This document shows, in pieces, positions 35,305-47,363 of a stretch of 64,000 nt of DNA (the stretch's first letter is position 1; every line of letters starts with the position of its first letter). A program made the translations under genes and the position numbers. The stretch is from Propionicimonas sp. (GTDB taxonomy: Bacteria > Actinomycetota > Actinomycetes > Propionibacteriales > Propionibacteriaceae): assembly GCA_029975155.1 (NCBI GenBank), contig JARKPQ010000037.1, positions 3,725 to 67,724 on the forward strand, given 5' to 3'. Below the pieces are notes generated by a model, which worked only from the letters and a program-made list of their open reading frames with translations, ran no database searches and had not been told where the DNA came from.

Positions 35305-35751
35305 ATGAAGTTGATCCTGACCGCTCCGATCGAGCACTTGGGCGTCCCCGGTGACGTCGTCGAGGTGAAGGACGGCTACGGCCGCAACTACCTGCTGCCG
35401 CGCAGCTTCGCGATCAAGTGGACCCGCGGTGCGGAGAAGCAGATCGAGGGCATCAAGCGGGCGCGCGACGCCCGCGAGATCCGCGGTGTCGAGCACGCCG
35501 TCCAGGTGCGTGAGCAGCTGGAGGCCCTGCAGGTCGTGCTGCCGGCCCGTGCCGGCGAGTCCGGCAAGCTGTTCGGCGCGGTGACCCCGGCCGACCTCGC
35601 CCTCGCGGTGAAGAAGGCCGGAGGGCCGGCCATCGACAAGCGCTCGGTGGAGATCACCAAGCCGATCAAGGCCGTGGGCACCCACACCGTCGGCATCAAG
35701 CTGACCTCGGGCGTCGTGGCCCACATCCAGGTGGCTGTCACCGCAGCCTGA
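35305..35751 (+). CDS. rplI: 50S ribosomal protein L9
   Basis: MKLILT...LGVPGDVVEVKDGYGRNYLLP and GKLFGAV. Confidence 0.97.
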   Translation: MKLILTAPIEHLGVPGDVVEVKDGYGRNYLLPRSFAIKWTRGAEKQIEGIKRARDAREIRGVEHAVQVREQLEALQVVLPARAGESGKLFGAVTPADLALAVKKAGGPAIDKRSVEITKPIKAVGTHTVGIKLTSGVVAHIQVAVTAA

Positions 35752-35761
35752 GTCCTGACGC

Positions 35762-35796
35762 AAGCGCCGGTCGTCCACTCGGACGGCCGGCGCTTT
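35762..35796 (+). terminator. Intrinsic terminator after rplI
   Basis: AAGCGCCGGTCGTCC-ACTC-GGACGGCCGGCGCTTT. Confidence 0.75.
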
Positions 35797-35823
35797 CGCG
35801 TCCCCGCCCGCAGCCCCCTTCGC

Positions 35824-35891
35824 CGAACGCCTCCGTTTCGGTCAAACGCCACAGCGTGGGCAGGGGCGTCTGACCGAAACGGAGGCGTTCG
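35824..35891. repeat. 21-bp perfect inverted repeat element
   Basis: CGAACGCCTCCGTTTCGGTCA ... TGACCGAAACGGAGGCGTTCG. Confidence 0.85.
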
Positions 35892-35946
35892 ATGCTGAGG
35901 GGTGGCGGTCGATGGAGGGGACGGGGGTGTCGCCTAGGCTGGACGA

Positions 35947-36783
35947 GTGACCGAACCCACCCCGCCGAGCCGCTGGACAGCGTTCCGGCGCAGGCTCGCC
36001 GGACGGTTCGGACGCCGGGAGACCGGATCCCGGGTGAATCCGGTCGCCGTGGTCTCGGTGATCCTGGCCGTGGCGTTGGTGGTGGGCCTGGCGCTCTGGA
36101 TCAACGCGCTCACCGTGCCCGTGCACCGCGAGGGACGGCCGACAGCGTCCGTCTCGCCGCTGCCCGAGCGGACCACGCTCACGCCGACACCGACGCCGAC
36201 CGCAACGGGGACGCCGACCGGATCCCCCGAGCCCACCGAGGTGGGCCCGACACCAACGGCCAGCAGTCCGTCCATGAAGTCGTCGGGGACGTTCGACACC
36301 GCCGGGGTGAAGGTGGCGGCCGCGGGTTCGTCCGGCACGCTGCGCCGGTACGGCCTGCGCGTGGAGACCTCGTCCGGGCTGAACGCCGACAAGGTCGGAC
36401 GCCAGGTCGCCGGCGTCCTCAACGACCCGCGCAGCTGGGCCGGCAGCGGCAACGTCCGCTTCGCCCTCGTCGCCGACCCCGACAAGGCCGACTTCATGAT
36501 CACCCTGGCCTCGCCCGCGACGGCCAAGAAGTCCTGCAAGCCCGAACCGAACTCGTGCATCAGCAAGGGCGACGTGGTGGTCGACGCCGCAGCCTGGCGC
36601 GGCGATGCCGCGGACTTCCCCAGCCAGTCCGCCTGGCAGGCCTACCTGGTGAACCACGCGGTCGGCCACCTGCTCGGCGAGCGCCACCAGGACTGCCAGA
36701 AGAAGGGCAGACCGGCGCCGGTGATGATGCCGCAGGGCTCCGGCCTGGGTGGCTGCACGGCGAACCCCTGGCCGTTCCCCTGA
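35947..36783 (+). CDS. DUF3152 domain membrane-anchored protein (zincin-like)
   Basis: TM helix, Pro/Thr linker, LNDPRSW, YLVNHAVGHLLG, APVMMPQ and C--NPWP. Confidence 0.85.
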   Translation: MTEPTPPSRWTAFRRRLAGRFGRRETGSRVNPVAVVSVILAVALVVGLALWINALTVPVHREGRPTASVSPLPERTTLTPTPTPTATGTPTGSPEPTEVGPTPTASSPSMKSSGTFDTAGVKVAAAGSSGTLRRYGLRVETSSGLNADKVGRQVAGVLNDPRSWAGSGNVRFALVADPDKADFMITLASPATAKKSCKPEPNSCISKGDVVVDAAAWRGDAADFPSQSAWQAYLVNHAVGHLLGERHQDCQKKGRPAPVMMPQGSGLGGCTANPWPFP

Positions 36784-36877
36784 GCCCGCACCGCCGCCCG
36801 TCTCCCCCCGGGACCATCGCTCGTCGAGACGCGCTGTGCCGGGCTCGACTTCTCTGGTCGCGGGCGTCTCGACAGGC

Positions 36878-37030
36878 TCGACGAACGGTTTGGGGTTGGC
36901 CGTCCGCTGTTCGACGGGTGGTTTCGGGGGTTGGCCGTCCGCTGTTCGACGGGTGGTTTCGGGGGTTGGCCGTCCACCGCTCGACGGGTGGTTTGGGGTC
37001 GGCCGTCCGCTGTTCGACGGGCGGTTGGGG
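36878..37030. repeat. ~35-bp tandem repeat x4
   Basis: TTGGCCGTCCGCTGTTCGACGGGTGGTTTCGGGGG at 36896, 36931, 36966 and ~36999 with no unique spacers. Confidence 0.85.
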
Positions 37031-37047
37031 CTACCGGCGTCGAGACG

Positions 37048-37800
37048 TCAGTGTGACGACGGGAGCGCCGCGACCGCCAACGCCGAGGACGGCAGGGCGG
37101 CCTCGGGGCCGGGCTCTCCGCCGAGGGCGCCGGCGAGCAACTCCCGCGCCCGCGCGAGATGCTCGTCCAGCATCGCCGCGGCGCCGGACGCGTCCCCGGC
37201 CCCGATCAGCTCCATGATCCGGGCGTGCTCGGCGACGATGATCTCCGGGCTCAGTCGCTGGCTGCCCTGCAACTGGGCCATGCAGAGCTTCACCTCGAAG
37301 GCGAGCGACTCGTACACCGAACTGGTGCGCTTGCTGCCGAGGGAGTCGATCAGCGCGGTGTGGAAGCGCATGTCCGGGTCGACGATGTCGTAGCTGCCCT
37401 GCCGCCACAGCGCGTCGATCTCGGCGTTGGCGACGCGTGCCTCGAGCGGTACCTCGCGACGCTCGGCCAGGCGGCGCAGCACCTCCGACTCGAGGTACGC
37501 GCGCGTGCGGTAGATGTCGCGGACGTCGGCGGGGCCGAGCTTCACCACCCTCGCGGTCTTGTGGTTCTTGCGGACCAGCACCTTGTCGGCCACGAGGCGC
37601 TCGATCGCAGCCTTCGCCGTGGCCCGGGCGACGTCGTAGCGGGCAGCCACCTCAGCCTCGGTCAGCGGGCTGTTCGGCGCCAGATCGCGGGCGAGCACCT
37701 GGTTCTTCAGGTCGCCGACGACGGCGTCGATCACCGACGTCACCACGATGTTGCGGACCAATCCCCACCCCAGAAGCTCTACCCGACCCGGTCTGTCCAT
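37048..37800 (-). CDS. GntR/FadR family regulator (FCD domain)
   Basis: LTEAEVAARYDVARATAKAAI, DMRFH and EHARI; true start probably ~37761. Confidence 0.88.
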   Translation of the reverse strand: MDRPGRVELLGWGLVRNIVVTSVIDAVVGDLKNQVLARDLAPNSPLTEAEVAARYDVARATAKAAIERLVADKVLVRKNHKTARVVKLGPADVRDIYRTRAYLESEVLRRLAERREVPLEARVANAEIDALWRQGSYDIVDPDMRFHTALIDSLGSKRTSSVYESLAFEVKLCMAQLQGSQRLSPEIIVAEHARIMELIGAGDASGAAAMLDEHLARARELLAGALGGEPGPEAALPSSALAVAALPSSH

Positions 37801-37884
37801 CGTAGTCCGCCGGCAGGTCGCCGAGCGCGGGACCGGGTCACCGTCCCAACAAAGTGGCCCGAATTGCTTGCCTATCCAGTCTAC

Positions 37885-37895
37885 TTGTCGGACAA
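37885..37895. promoter_or_regulatory. FadR-type operator TTGTC-G-GACAA
   Basis: Perfect palindrome matching TNGT-N3-ACNA, between the regulator and the lactate operon. Confidence 0.65.
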
Positions 37896-37935
37896 TCCTA
37901 CCTGTCGGTCAATCTCAGTGAGGAGATCCACCATC

Positions 37936-39636
37936 GTGTTCACCCAGCCGCTGGCCCCCATCGCCGGCAATCTCGCCCTCTCGGCGCTGCTCGCCGCGCT
38001 GCCGCTGATCCTCCTGTTCGTCCTGCTCGGCGTCTTCAAGGTGAAGGCCTGGCTGGCCGCCCTGATCGGGCTGGCCGCGTCGGTCCTGGTGGCCATCGTT
38101 GGCTGGGGGATGCCCGCCATGATGGCGATGAGCGCCACCGCCGAGGGCGCGTTCTACGGCGCCTTCCCGATCATGTGGATCCTGCTGAACGCCATCTGGG
38201 TCTACCAGCTCTCGGTGATCACCGGCTGGTTCGAGTCACTGGGCCAACTGATCCGCTCGGTGTCCGACGACCAGCGCATCCTGGCCATCCTGATCGCCTT
38301 CTGCTTCGGCGCGCTGATGGAGGCGCTGGCAGGTTTCGGAGCCCCGGTCGCGATCTCCGCCGCGATGCTGATGGCCGCCGGCATGAAGCCGATCAAGTCC
38401 GCGATCGTGTCGCTGCTGGCCAACACGGCGCCGGTGGCCTTCGGCGCGATGGGTGCCCCGATCATCACCCTCTCCGGTGCGGTCAGCTCCACCCATCCCG
38501 AACTGACCACCCACGTCCTGTCGCAGATGGCCGGCCGCCAGACGCCGTTCGTCGCCGCGATCGTCCCGCTGGTGCTCGTCCTGCTGGTGGACGGGTGGCG
38601 CGGCGTCCGCCAGACCTGGCCGGTAGCCATCGTCGCCGGCGTGACCTTCGGCATCGGCCAGTTCGTGACCTCCAACTACATCACCGTCGAGATCACCGAT
38701 GTGGTCGCCTCCCTGCTGACCATCGCCGTGGTGCTGGTGATGCTCCGGTTCTGGAAGCCGGCCAACCCGCTGCCGCTCGACCACGCCGTCGTCCCCGACG
38801 AGGAGGCCGAGGCGCTGAAGTCCGGCAAGCTCGCCCACTACCCCGAGATCACCGCGACCGGCGCCCGGCGGATCTGGGGCGCGGTCGCGCCCTACGCGAT
38901 CATCATCGTGGTCTTCTCGATCAGCCAGATCCCGGCGGTGAAGACGTGGCTGCTGGGCGTCGGCCAGGTCAAGTTCCCCTGGCCGGGCCTGAACGCTCCC
39001 GGCGCGGACGGCAAGCTGGCCTCGACCATCCTCAACGCGGGCGGCAAGCCGGTCTCGACGATCTTCACCTTCGACCACCTGCGTGCCACGGGCACCCTGC
39101 TGCTGCTCTCGGGCATCATCACGGCCTTCGTGTACAGGGTGCGGGCGAAGGACGCCGTGCAGGCCTACCTGACCACCCTCAAGCAGCTGAAGTTCACGAT
39201 CGTCACCGTGCTGAGCGTGCTCGCCCTCGCCTACGTGATGAACCTGTCCGGCCAGACCGCCAGCCTGGGCAGCGCCCTGGCCGCCGTCGGGTCGGCGTTC
39301 GCCCTGATGTCCCCGCTGATCGGCTGGATCGGGGTGGCGATCACCGGGTCGGACACCTCGTCGAACGCCCTGTTCGGCCTGCTGCAGGTGACCGCGGCCG
39401 AGCAGGCCGGCCTCAACCCGATCCTGATGGCCTCGGCGAACTCCTCCGGTGGGGTGATGGGCAAGATGATCTCGCCGCAGAACCTGGCCGTCGCCGCTGC
39501 CGCGGTGGGGCTGATCAACCGGGAGGGCGACATCTTCCGGAAGGTCGTGCTGTGGAGCCTGGGCCTGCTCGCCTACTTCACGGTCCTGGTCGCCCTGCAG
39601 GCCGGCCCGTTGTCCTGGATGGTGCCCACGCCGTGA
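37936..39636 (+). CDS. L-lactate permease (LctP/LldP family)
   Basis: EALAGFGAPVA, ANTAPVAFGA, TGSDTSSNALF and GKMISPQ; GAGGAG RBS. Confidence 0.93.
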   Translation: MFTQPLAPIAGNLALSALLAALPLILLFVLLGVFKVKAWLAALIGLAASVLVAIVGWGMPAMMAMSATAEGAFYGAFPIMWILLNAIWVYQLSVITGWFESLGQLIRSVSDDQRILAILIAFCFGALMEALAGFGAPVAISAAMLMAAGMKPIKSAIVSLLANTAPVAFGAMGAPIITLSGAVSSTHPELTTHVLSQMAGRQTPFVAAIVPLVLVLLVDGWRGVRQTWPVAIVAGVTFGIGQFVTSNYITVEITDVVASLLTIAVVLVMLRFWKPANPLPLDHAVVPDEEAEALKSGKLAHYPEITATGARRIWGAVAPYAIIIVVFSISQIPAVKTWLLGVGQVKFPWPGLNAPGADGKLASTILNAGGKPVSTIFTFDHLRATGTLLLLSGIITAFVYRVRAKDAVQAYLTTLKQLKFTIVTVLSVLALAYVMNLSGQTASLGSALAAVGSAFALMSPLIGWIGVAITGSDTSSNALFGLLQVTAAEQAGLNPILMASANSSGGVMGKMISPQNLAVAAAAVGLINREGDIFRKVVLWSLGLLAYFTVLVALQAGPLSWMVPTP

Positions 39637-42524
39637 CCGCGATGCTCTCCGAGGCGGACCTGACCGCTCTGTTGACCGGCTGTGTTGCGGACCCCGCCCA
39701 GGTCCGCACCGCGGAGCTGGATCGACGCGCCCTTGCTCACGACGCGTCGCACTTCCTGCTCCTGCCGAGCGCGATCGTGGCGCCCCGGAACGCCGAGGAG
39801 GTGGCCCGGCTGCTCCGGGCCACCTCCGCGGCGGGCGTGAACCTCACCTTCCGCTCCGGTGGCACCAGCCTGTCCGGCCAGGCGGGGACGGACGGGGTGC
39901 TGGCCGACGTGCGCCGGCACTTCGGTGGGGTGGAGGTCCTCGACGACGGGCTGCGGGTCCGCGTGCAGCCGGGCGTGACGGTGAAGCTGCTGAACGCCCA
40001 CCTGGTCCGGTACGGACGCAAGTTCGGCCCCGACCCGGCGAGCGAGGCCGCCTGCACCATCGGTGGCGTGGTGGCCAACAACTCCTCCGGCATGGCCTGC
40101 GGCACGGTGGAGAACAGCTACCGGACGCTGGAGTCGGTGGTCGCCGTGCTGCCGTCCGGCACCGTGATCGACACCGGCGCGGCGGACGCGGACGAGAAGC
40201 TCCGCGCGCTGGAGCCGGCGCTGTACGAGGGCCTGCTGACGCTGCGCCGGCGCGTTCTGGACAACCCCGCCTCGGTGGCGAAGATCACCCAGCAGTTCTC
40301 GATGAAGAACACCATGGGCTACGGCCTCAACGCCCTGGTCGACTTCGCGACCGTGCCCGAGATCCTCACGCACCTGATCGTGGGCAGCGAGGGCACGCTG
40401 GCCTTCGTCGCGTCCGCCACGTTCCGGACGATCCCGCTGCGCACGCAGACCTCGTCCGCGCTGCTGGTGTTCGACGACCTGTACGCGGCCAATGCCTCGC
40501 TGCCGGCGCTGGTGGCCACCGGTGCCGCGACGCTGGAGCTGATGGACGCCACCTCGCTGCGCGTCGGGCAGGCGTTCCCGGACACCCCCGAGATGATCAA
40601 GCAGCTCCAGGTCGACGCCCACGCCGCGCTGCTGCTGGAGTACCAGGCGACGACCCGCGAGGAGCTGGAGTACCTGGCTGCGTCCGCCCGTCCGGCGCTG
40701 GACGACCTGCCCCTTCGACAGGCTCAGGGAGCGGTGGGTGGAGCTCAGGGAGCGATGGGTGGGGTGGTGCTCACCGAGGACGCAGCCGTCCGCGGCAAGC
40801 TGTGGAAGTTGCGCAAGGGTCTCTACACCTCGGTCGCGGGCGCCCGGAAGTCGGGCACGACCGCGCTGCTGGAGGACGTGGTGGTGCCGGTGGCGAAGCT
40901 GGCCGACACCTGCGCGGAACTCGCCGTGCTGTTCGACCGCTACGCCTACCGCGACTCGGTGATCTTCGGCCACGCCAAGGACGGCAACATCCATTTCATG
41001 CTGACCGACCGCTTCGAGTCCGACGAGCAGATGGCCCGCTACACCGGCTTCACCGAGGACATGGTCGACCTGATCCTCGCCAACGACGGCTCACTGAAGG
41101 CCGAGCACGGCACCGGACGGGTGATGTCGCCCTACGTCCGCCGGCAGTACGGGGACGAGCTGTACGACGTGATGGTCCGGATCAAGCGGCTGTTCGACCC
41201 CACCGGCTTGCTCAACGCCGGGACGATCATCACCGACGACCCCGACCTGCACCTCAGGCACATCAAGCTGCCGCCGACGATCGAACCCGAGGTCGACCGG
41301 TGCGTGGAGTGCGGCTACTGCGAGCCCGTGTGCCCCTCGCGCGAGCTGACGCTCACCCCGCGGCAGCGGATCGTGCTGCGCCGCGAGATCCGCAACGCCG
41401 AACTCGCCGGCGACACCGCCACCGTCGAGCGGCTGGAGAAGGCCTACGCGTACCACGGCGTGCACACCTGCGCGGTGGACGGCATGTGCGGGACGGCCTG
41501 CCCCGTCCTGATCAACACCGGGCTGCTGGTGAAGAAGCTGCGCCGCGAGAACCTGCCCAGGGCCAAGGACGTGGCCTGGACGACCCTCGCCAAGCACTGG
41601 AAGGGCACGACCGCGACCTTCTCCACCGTGCTGGGCATCACCGAATCGCTGCCCGGGCCGCTGGAGGCCGGCCTGATCGGGGTGAACAAGGTCGGCCGGG
41701 GGGTGCTCGGCAACGACAACATCCCGCTGTGGTCGAACGAGCTGCCGGGAGGCGGTCCGCCGCGGCGGCGCCCCGCCACGGTCTCGACCGGCTCGACCAT
41801 CGCCCCGACGGTGGACGCGGTGTATCTGCCGGCGTGCGTGAACGTGATGTTCGGCCCGCTGGAGGGGCCCGGGGTGCAGGTGAGCTTCGAAGCCCTGTGC
41901 GCGAAAGCCGGCATCACCCTGCGGGTACCCGAGGAGATCGAGTCGCTGTGCTGCGGCACGCCGTGGTCGAGCAAGGGCATCCCGGACGGCTACGCGGCCA
42001 TGCGGGACAGGGTGCTGCCGGTGATCCGGGAGGCGACGGACAACGGCCGGCTGCCGGTGGTCTGCGACGCGTCGAGCTGTACGGAGGGCTTCGCGCACAT
42101 GCTGGAGACCGACCCCGACCTGCACGTCGAGGTGATCGACGCGGTGGCGTTCGTGGCGAAGCACGTACTGCCGGTGCTGGGCGAGTACCGCAAGCTGGAC
42201 TCGCTGACGATCCATCCGACCTGCTCCTCGACCCAGCTGGGCCTCAACCCCGACCTGGTGACGGTGTCCGAGGCGGTGGCCGACACGGTGAACGTGCCGG
42301 TGGACTGGGGCTGCTGCGCCTTCGCCGGCGATCGCGGCATGCTGCATCCCGAGCTGACCGCGGCCGCCACCCGTCCGGAGGCCGCCGAGGTCGCCCGGCT
42401 GGACGCGGCGGCGCACGCCAGCTGCAACCGCACCTGCGAGCTGGGCATGACCCGGGCCACCGGCAAGCCCTACCGCCACGTCCTGGAACTCCTCGCCGAG
42501 CAGGTCCTCGTCGGCGACCGCTGA
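39633..42524 (+). CDS. FAD- and Fe-S-binding D-lactate dehydrogenase (Dld-II type)
   Basis: TFRSGGTSLSGQ, GPDPAS, GSEGTL, KAEHGTG, CVECGYCEPVCP, CAVDGMCGTACP and CCG motifs. Confidence 0.9.
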   Translation: MTAMLSEADLTALLTGCVADPAQVRTAELDRRALAHDASHFLLLPSAIVAPRNAEEVARLLRATSAAGVNLTFRSGGTSLSGQAGTDGVLADVRRHFGGVEVLDDGLRVRVQPGVTVKLLNAHLVRYGRKFGPDPASEAACTIGGVVANNSSGMACGTVENSYRTLESVVAVLPSGTVIDTGAADADEKLRALEPALYEGLLTLRRRVLDNPASVAKITQQFSMKNTMGYGLNALVDFATVPEILTHLIVGSEGTLAFVASATFRTIPLRTQTSSALLVFDDLYAANASLPALVATGAATLELMDATSLRVGQAFPDTPEMIKQLQVDAHAALLLEYQATTREELEYLAASARPALDDLPLRQAQGAVGGAQGAMGGVVLTEDAAVRGKLWKLRKGLYTSVAGARKSGTTALLEDVVVPVAKLADTCAELAVLFDRYAYRDSVIFGHAKDGNIHFMLTDRFESDEQMARYTGFTEDMVDLILANDGSLKAEHGTGRVMSPYVRRQYGDELYDVMVRIKRLFDPTGLLNAGTIITDDPDLHLRHIKLPPTIEPEVDRCVECGYCEPVCPSRELTLTPRQRIVLRREIRNAELAGDTATVERLEKAYAYHGVHTCAVDGMCGTACPVLINTGLLVKKLRRENLPRAKDVAWTTLAKHWKGTTATFSTVLGITESLPGPLEAGLIGVNKVGRGVLGNDNIPLWSNELPGGGPPRRRPATVSTGSTIAPTVDAVYLPACVNVMFGPLEGPGVQVSFEALCAKAGITLRVPEEIESLCCGTPWSSKGIPDGYAAMRDRVLPVIREATDNGRLPVVCDASSCTEGFAHMLETDPDLHVEVIDAVAFVAKHVLPVLGEYRKLDSLTIHPTCSSTQLGLNPDLVTVSEAVADTVNVPVDWGCCAFAGDRGMLHPELTAAATRPEAAEVARLDAAAHASCNRTCELGMTRATGKPYRHVLELLAEQVLVGDR

Positions 42525-42747
42525 GCGGTCACCGGGGCCGGTCGGGCGCCCTTTGTGACGTCCGCTCGTTCCTCGCGGCCTCCTCAGGGACCGTTTGTGG
42601 AGGCTGCCCAGGCCGATGAACAGAAAGGGGACGGGTTCTTTACCGTTCACCCGGCCCGGGCCACCCCTGCGATGGCTGCGGGTGGGGGCGGACCGAGTGA
42701 GGAACCGTCCCCACCGTTCGCCGGGTCCTCGTCAGGGTGCGTCGCGG

Positions 42748-43665
42748 TCAGGCCACGAGCGACTCCTCGGCCGCCTGCCTGGCGAGATCGAACGCACCCC
42801 AGAGGGCGCTGTCGGCGCCGTGTGTCGCGTGGTCGATGCGCACTCTGCTCATTGCCTTCTCGGCTACTGCTTCGATGAGCGGGGTCCAGAACGCCGGGCC
42901 GGCCAGGGAGACCCCGCCGCCGACAACGATGAGATCCGGATCGATGAGGGCGGCAGTGCTGGCGAGGGCGTCCCCCACGAGTCGTCCGGCGTCGAAAAGG
43001 ACCCTGCCTGCGACCGGGTCGCCCTGACGGGCTGCCTCAGCGACGTCCCGGGCCGTGATGTCGCATTGGGGCTCCACCGCGCCGAGCCACTCGGCCGCGG
43101 TGCGTCGGGCGATCGCGAGTCCGGAGGCGTTCGCCTCCAGGTGCCCGGTGCGTCCGCAGGAGCAGAGGCCGGTGTCGCTGACGACCATGTGCCCGATCTC
43201 GCCGCTCAGGCCGTGTGAGCCGTGGTACGGCACACCGTCGAGAAGGATGGCGCCGCCGATCCCGGTGCTGACCGTGACGTACACCAGAACCGGCCAGGAT
43301 TCGCCCGCCCTGGCGCGAATGGTGTGTTCTCCGATCGCGCCGGCTACCGCATCGTTGGCCCCGCGGACGGGTGCCTGGAACTCACGCTCCAGTCGGGCGA
43401 AGAGGTCGGTGTCCTCCCAACCGGGCACGTGCAGGGAGCGGACGTTGCGTCCGACAACGTGCCCGCCGAAACTCACGCCGACTGCTTCGGGTCGGCGATC
43501 AGTGAGCAGCCGACGCGCCTCGTGCAGGAGGCGGGCCAGCGTGTCCGGCCCGGTCCGCTCGGTCGCGAAGGTGGTCCGTTGTGCACGTGCGCTCGTGCCG
43601 TCGGCAACGGCGAGGGCGGTCTTGGTGCCGCCGATATCGAGCGCGAGGAAAGGGGCGTCGGTCAC
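42748..43665 (-). CDS. ROK family sugar kinase
   Basis: LDIGGTK, ANDA, STGIGG and GEIGH...CSCGRTGHLE. Confidence 0.9.
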   Translation of the reverse strand: MTDAPFLALDIGGTKTALAVADGTSARAQRTTFATERTGPDTLARLLHEARRLLTDRRPEAVGVSFGGHVVGRNVRSLHVPGWEDTDLFARLEREFQAPVRGANDAVAGAIGEHTIRARAGESWPVLVYVTVSTGIGGAILLDGVPYHGSHGLSGEIGHMVVSDTGLCSCGRTGHLEANASGLAIARRTAAEWLGAVEPQCDITARDVAEAARQGDPVAGRVLFDAGRLVGDALASTAALIDPDLIVVGGGVSLAGPAFWTPLIEAVAEKAMSRVRIDHATHGADSALWGAFDLARQAAEESLVA

Positions 43666-44273
43666 GCGGTCACGGTCTCGGTCGCGATCCGGTCACGCAG
43701 ACTGACCGCAAGTGCGTGATTGAAGATGACGTGCAGGTCCTCGATCTGCTCCATGACCTCCGTCGGAGCGACGAGCGCATAGTCCGACAGCTCGAGCATC
43801 TCGGCCGCGGACTCACGGCTTCCGGTCAGTCCCACCGTGGTGGCACCAACCATCCGCGCGTACCGGAGCGCACGGATGACGTTCGGGCTCGCACCCGATC
43901 CCGACACCGCGAGCACCACGTCCGCCGGCGTCAGGAGGATCTTGAGCTGCTCGACGAACGTGTCGCCGTAGTCGATGTCGTTGCCCAGGGCGGTGAGCAG
44001 TGCGGAGTTGTCGGCGAGCCCGATGACACGCAGCCGGCGGGCTGCGGGCGCGTCGGGTCCGGTGCCGAGGTCGGGCGCGGTGTTCTTCGCCAGGTCGCAG
44101 GCCATGTGGGACGCGAGCGAGGCGCTGCCGCCGTTGCCGAGGGTGTACACGGTGCCACCCCGGCGCCACACGTCCATGAAGAGCCCGGCGACATCGTCGA
44201 GCTGCGGTCTCCGGATGTCGCCGATCGCCGCAGACAGTTGCTCAAGGTATTGGTCGATGGTCGCGAGGTTCAT
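43662..44273 (-). CDS. SIS domain sugar-phosphate isomerase (GmhA-like)
   Basis: GNGGSAS, TALGND, SGSGASPNV and EQIEDLH. Confidence 0.88.
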   Translation of the reverse strand: MNLATIDQYLEQLSAAIGDIRRPQLDDVAGLFMDVWRRGGTVYTLGNGGSASLASHMACDLAKNTAPDLGTGPDAPAARRLRVIGLADNSALLTALGNDIDYGDTFVEQLKILLTPADVVLAVSGSGASPNVIRALRYARMVGATTVGLTGSRESAAEMLELSDYALVAPTEVMEQIEDLHVIFNHALAVSLRDRIATETVTA

Positions 44274-44288
44274 GGCGCCCTTAGCTAG

Positions 44289-44313
44289 TTTATGTTCTCT
44301 ACACTGACAAAAA
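44289..44313. promoter_or_regulatory. ROK repressor operator copy 1
   Basis: TTTATGTTCTCTACACTGACAAAAA matches the reverse complement of 47284-47308. Confidence 0.7.
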
Positions 44314-44359
44314 CAATGTAGGGTGAGCGGCAAGATCAAGTCAACTGGAAGGAGCAGCC

Positions 44360-45981
<1,622 letters not shown>

Positions 45982-45985
<4 letters not shown>

Positions 45986-47232
45986 AGATAGGCCAGCGGG
46001 TCGGCCAGCAAGGGCTCGAGCGCGATCTCCGTGGCCCCGAGCACCGGAGCATCCTTGCCGAGTTCGGCGGCGACGATCGGCAGGTCGCGGGCCTCCGGGG
46101 AGAATCCGCGTTGCTGCAGTGCTCTGCGGACCGGCAACGGGCACACGCGGTGCAGCTCGGATAGGTAGTAGCCGAGGACGATGCGGTCGGGACCGAGAAC
46201 CTGGACCAGGTTGGCCAGGCCGGTGCCCAGGGCGGTGGCGACCTTCTCCACCGCAGCGTAAGCGGCCGGGTCGCCGACCGCGGCCTGCTCGAGGACGCGG
46301 CTGATCTCGTCCTCGAGACCGGTGTTCGACGACGGCTCCCGCCCGGCCGCCCTCAGGAGTGCACGCTGGTCCACCTCGGTCTCCCAGCAACCGATCGCTC
46401 CGCAGCCGCAGCGGATTCCGTCCGGAGCAACGACCATGTGGCCGACCTCGCCGGAGTAGCCGCCGCTGGCGGACAGCAGCGTTCCGTTCCAGACCAGACC
46501 GGCCCCCACGCCGACATCGCTGTGCAGGTAGAGCAGGCGCCGGCTACCGCGGCCGGCTCCTCTGCGGTACTCGGCGACCGCGCCGAGATCCGCGTCGTTG
46601 GCGACGACGACGTGCTGGATGACGGAGCGGGTTCGCGCGGCGCCGGCGCCGAGGGCCTCGCGCAGCCGGTCCCCGAGAGCGACGTCGTGCCACCCGATGC
46701 TCGGCGCGACATTCACGTGGCCGTCCGGCGAGCGCACGATGCCCCAGACGGCGACGCCGACCGCCTCGTACCGGGCCCCCGCGCGCTTTCGCCGCCGCCC
46801 GGCGGCGCCCAGTTCGTCCGCCAGGCGGGCGACGCCAGCGTCGACGCCGCCCGGCTCGTGTCCCCACTCCTGCCGCGACACCACCCGGCCACCGAGCCCG
46901 GTGACGGTCAGCCGCACCCCGTCGACAGCCAGCTCAGTGGCCAGGACTGCGGCCGACTGCGGGACGACATCGATGACCGGCGACGGGCGACCACGACCGG
47001 CGACCTCCGGCGCCCGCTCCTGGAGGTAGCCGGCCTCGGTGAGTGTGTCGACGAGGATCCCGACCGTTCCGCGCGCCAGGCCGAGCTTCATGGTGAGAGT
47101 CGCGCGACTCATCGGCCCGTCCAGGTGGATCGTGCGCAGCACTCGGCCGAGGTTCTCGCGGCGGATGTCGGCGGTCGTCGAGCCGGCCCCGACGCCGGAG
47201 CGGCTGCTGCCGGTGCGCTCGAGTGGGGCCAT
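45982..47232 (-). CDS. ROK family transcriptional repressor
   Basis: N-terminal HTH (SRATL, GRGRP), ANDA and GEVGH...CGCGAIGCWE. Confidence 0.9.
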
Positions 47233-47283
47233 GCACGCATCATAGGGCGGTTTGCTCAGGCCCCGCTTGCCCGCTCTGTACGG

Positions 47284-47308
47284 ATTATGTTAGAGTCGAG
47301 AACATTAT
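47284..47308. promoter_or_regulatory. ROK repressor operator copy 2
   Basis: ATTATGTTAGAGTCGAGAACATTAT between the repressor and the ABC operon. Confidence 0.7.
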
Positions 47309-47363
47309 GGGACGGGGACAGCAGCGACCAGTTCACCCAGCCCGCACTCGAAGTGGAGGTTCA

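Noticed and set aside
36878-37030. 35-bp repeats as a CRISPR array
   Set aside because: Units are contiguous with no unique spacers and no cas genes; this is a tandem repeat
37854-39632. 1556-aa ORF as a giant fusion protein
   Set aside because: The N-terminal 593 codons are an off-frame shadow of the lactate permease; the real start is GTG 39633
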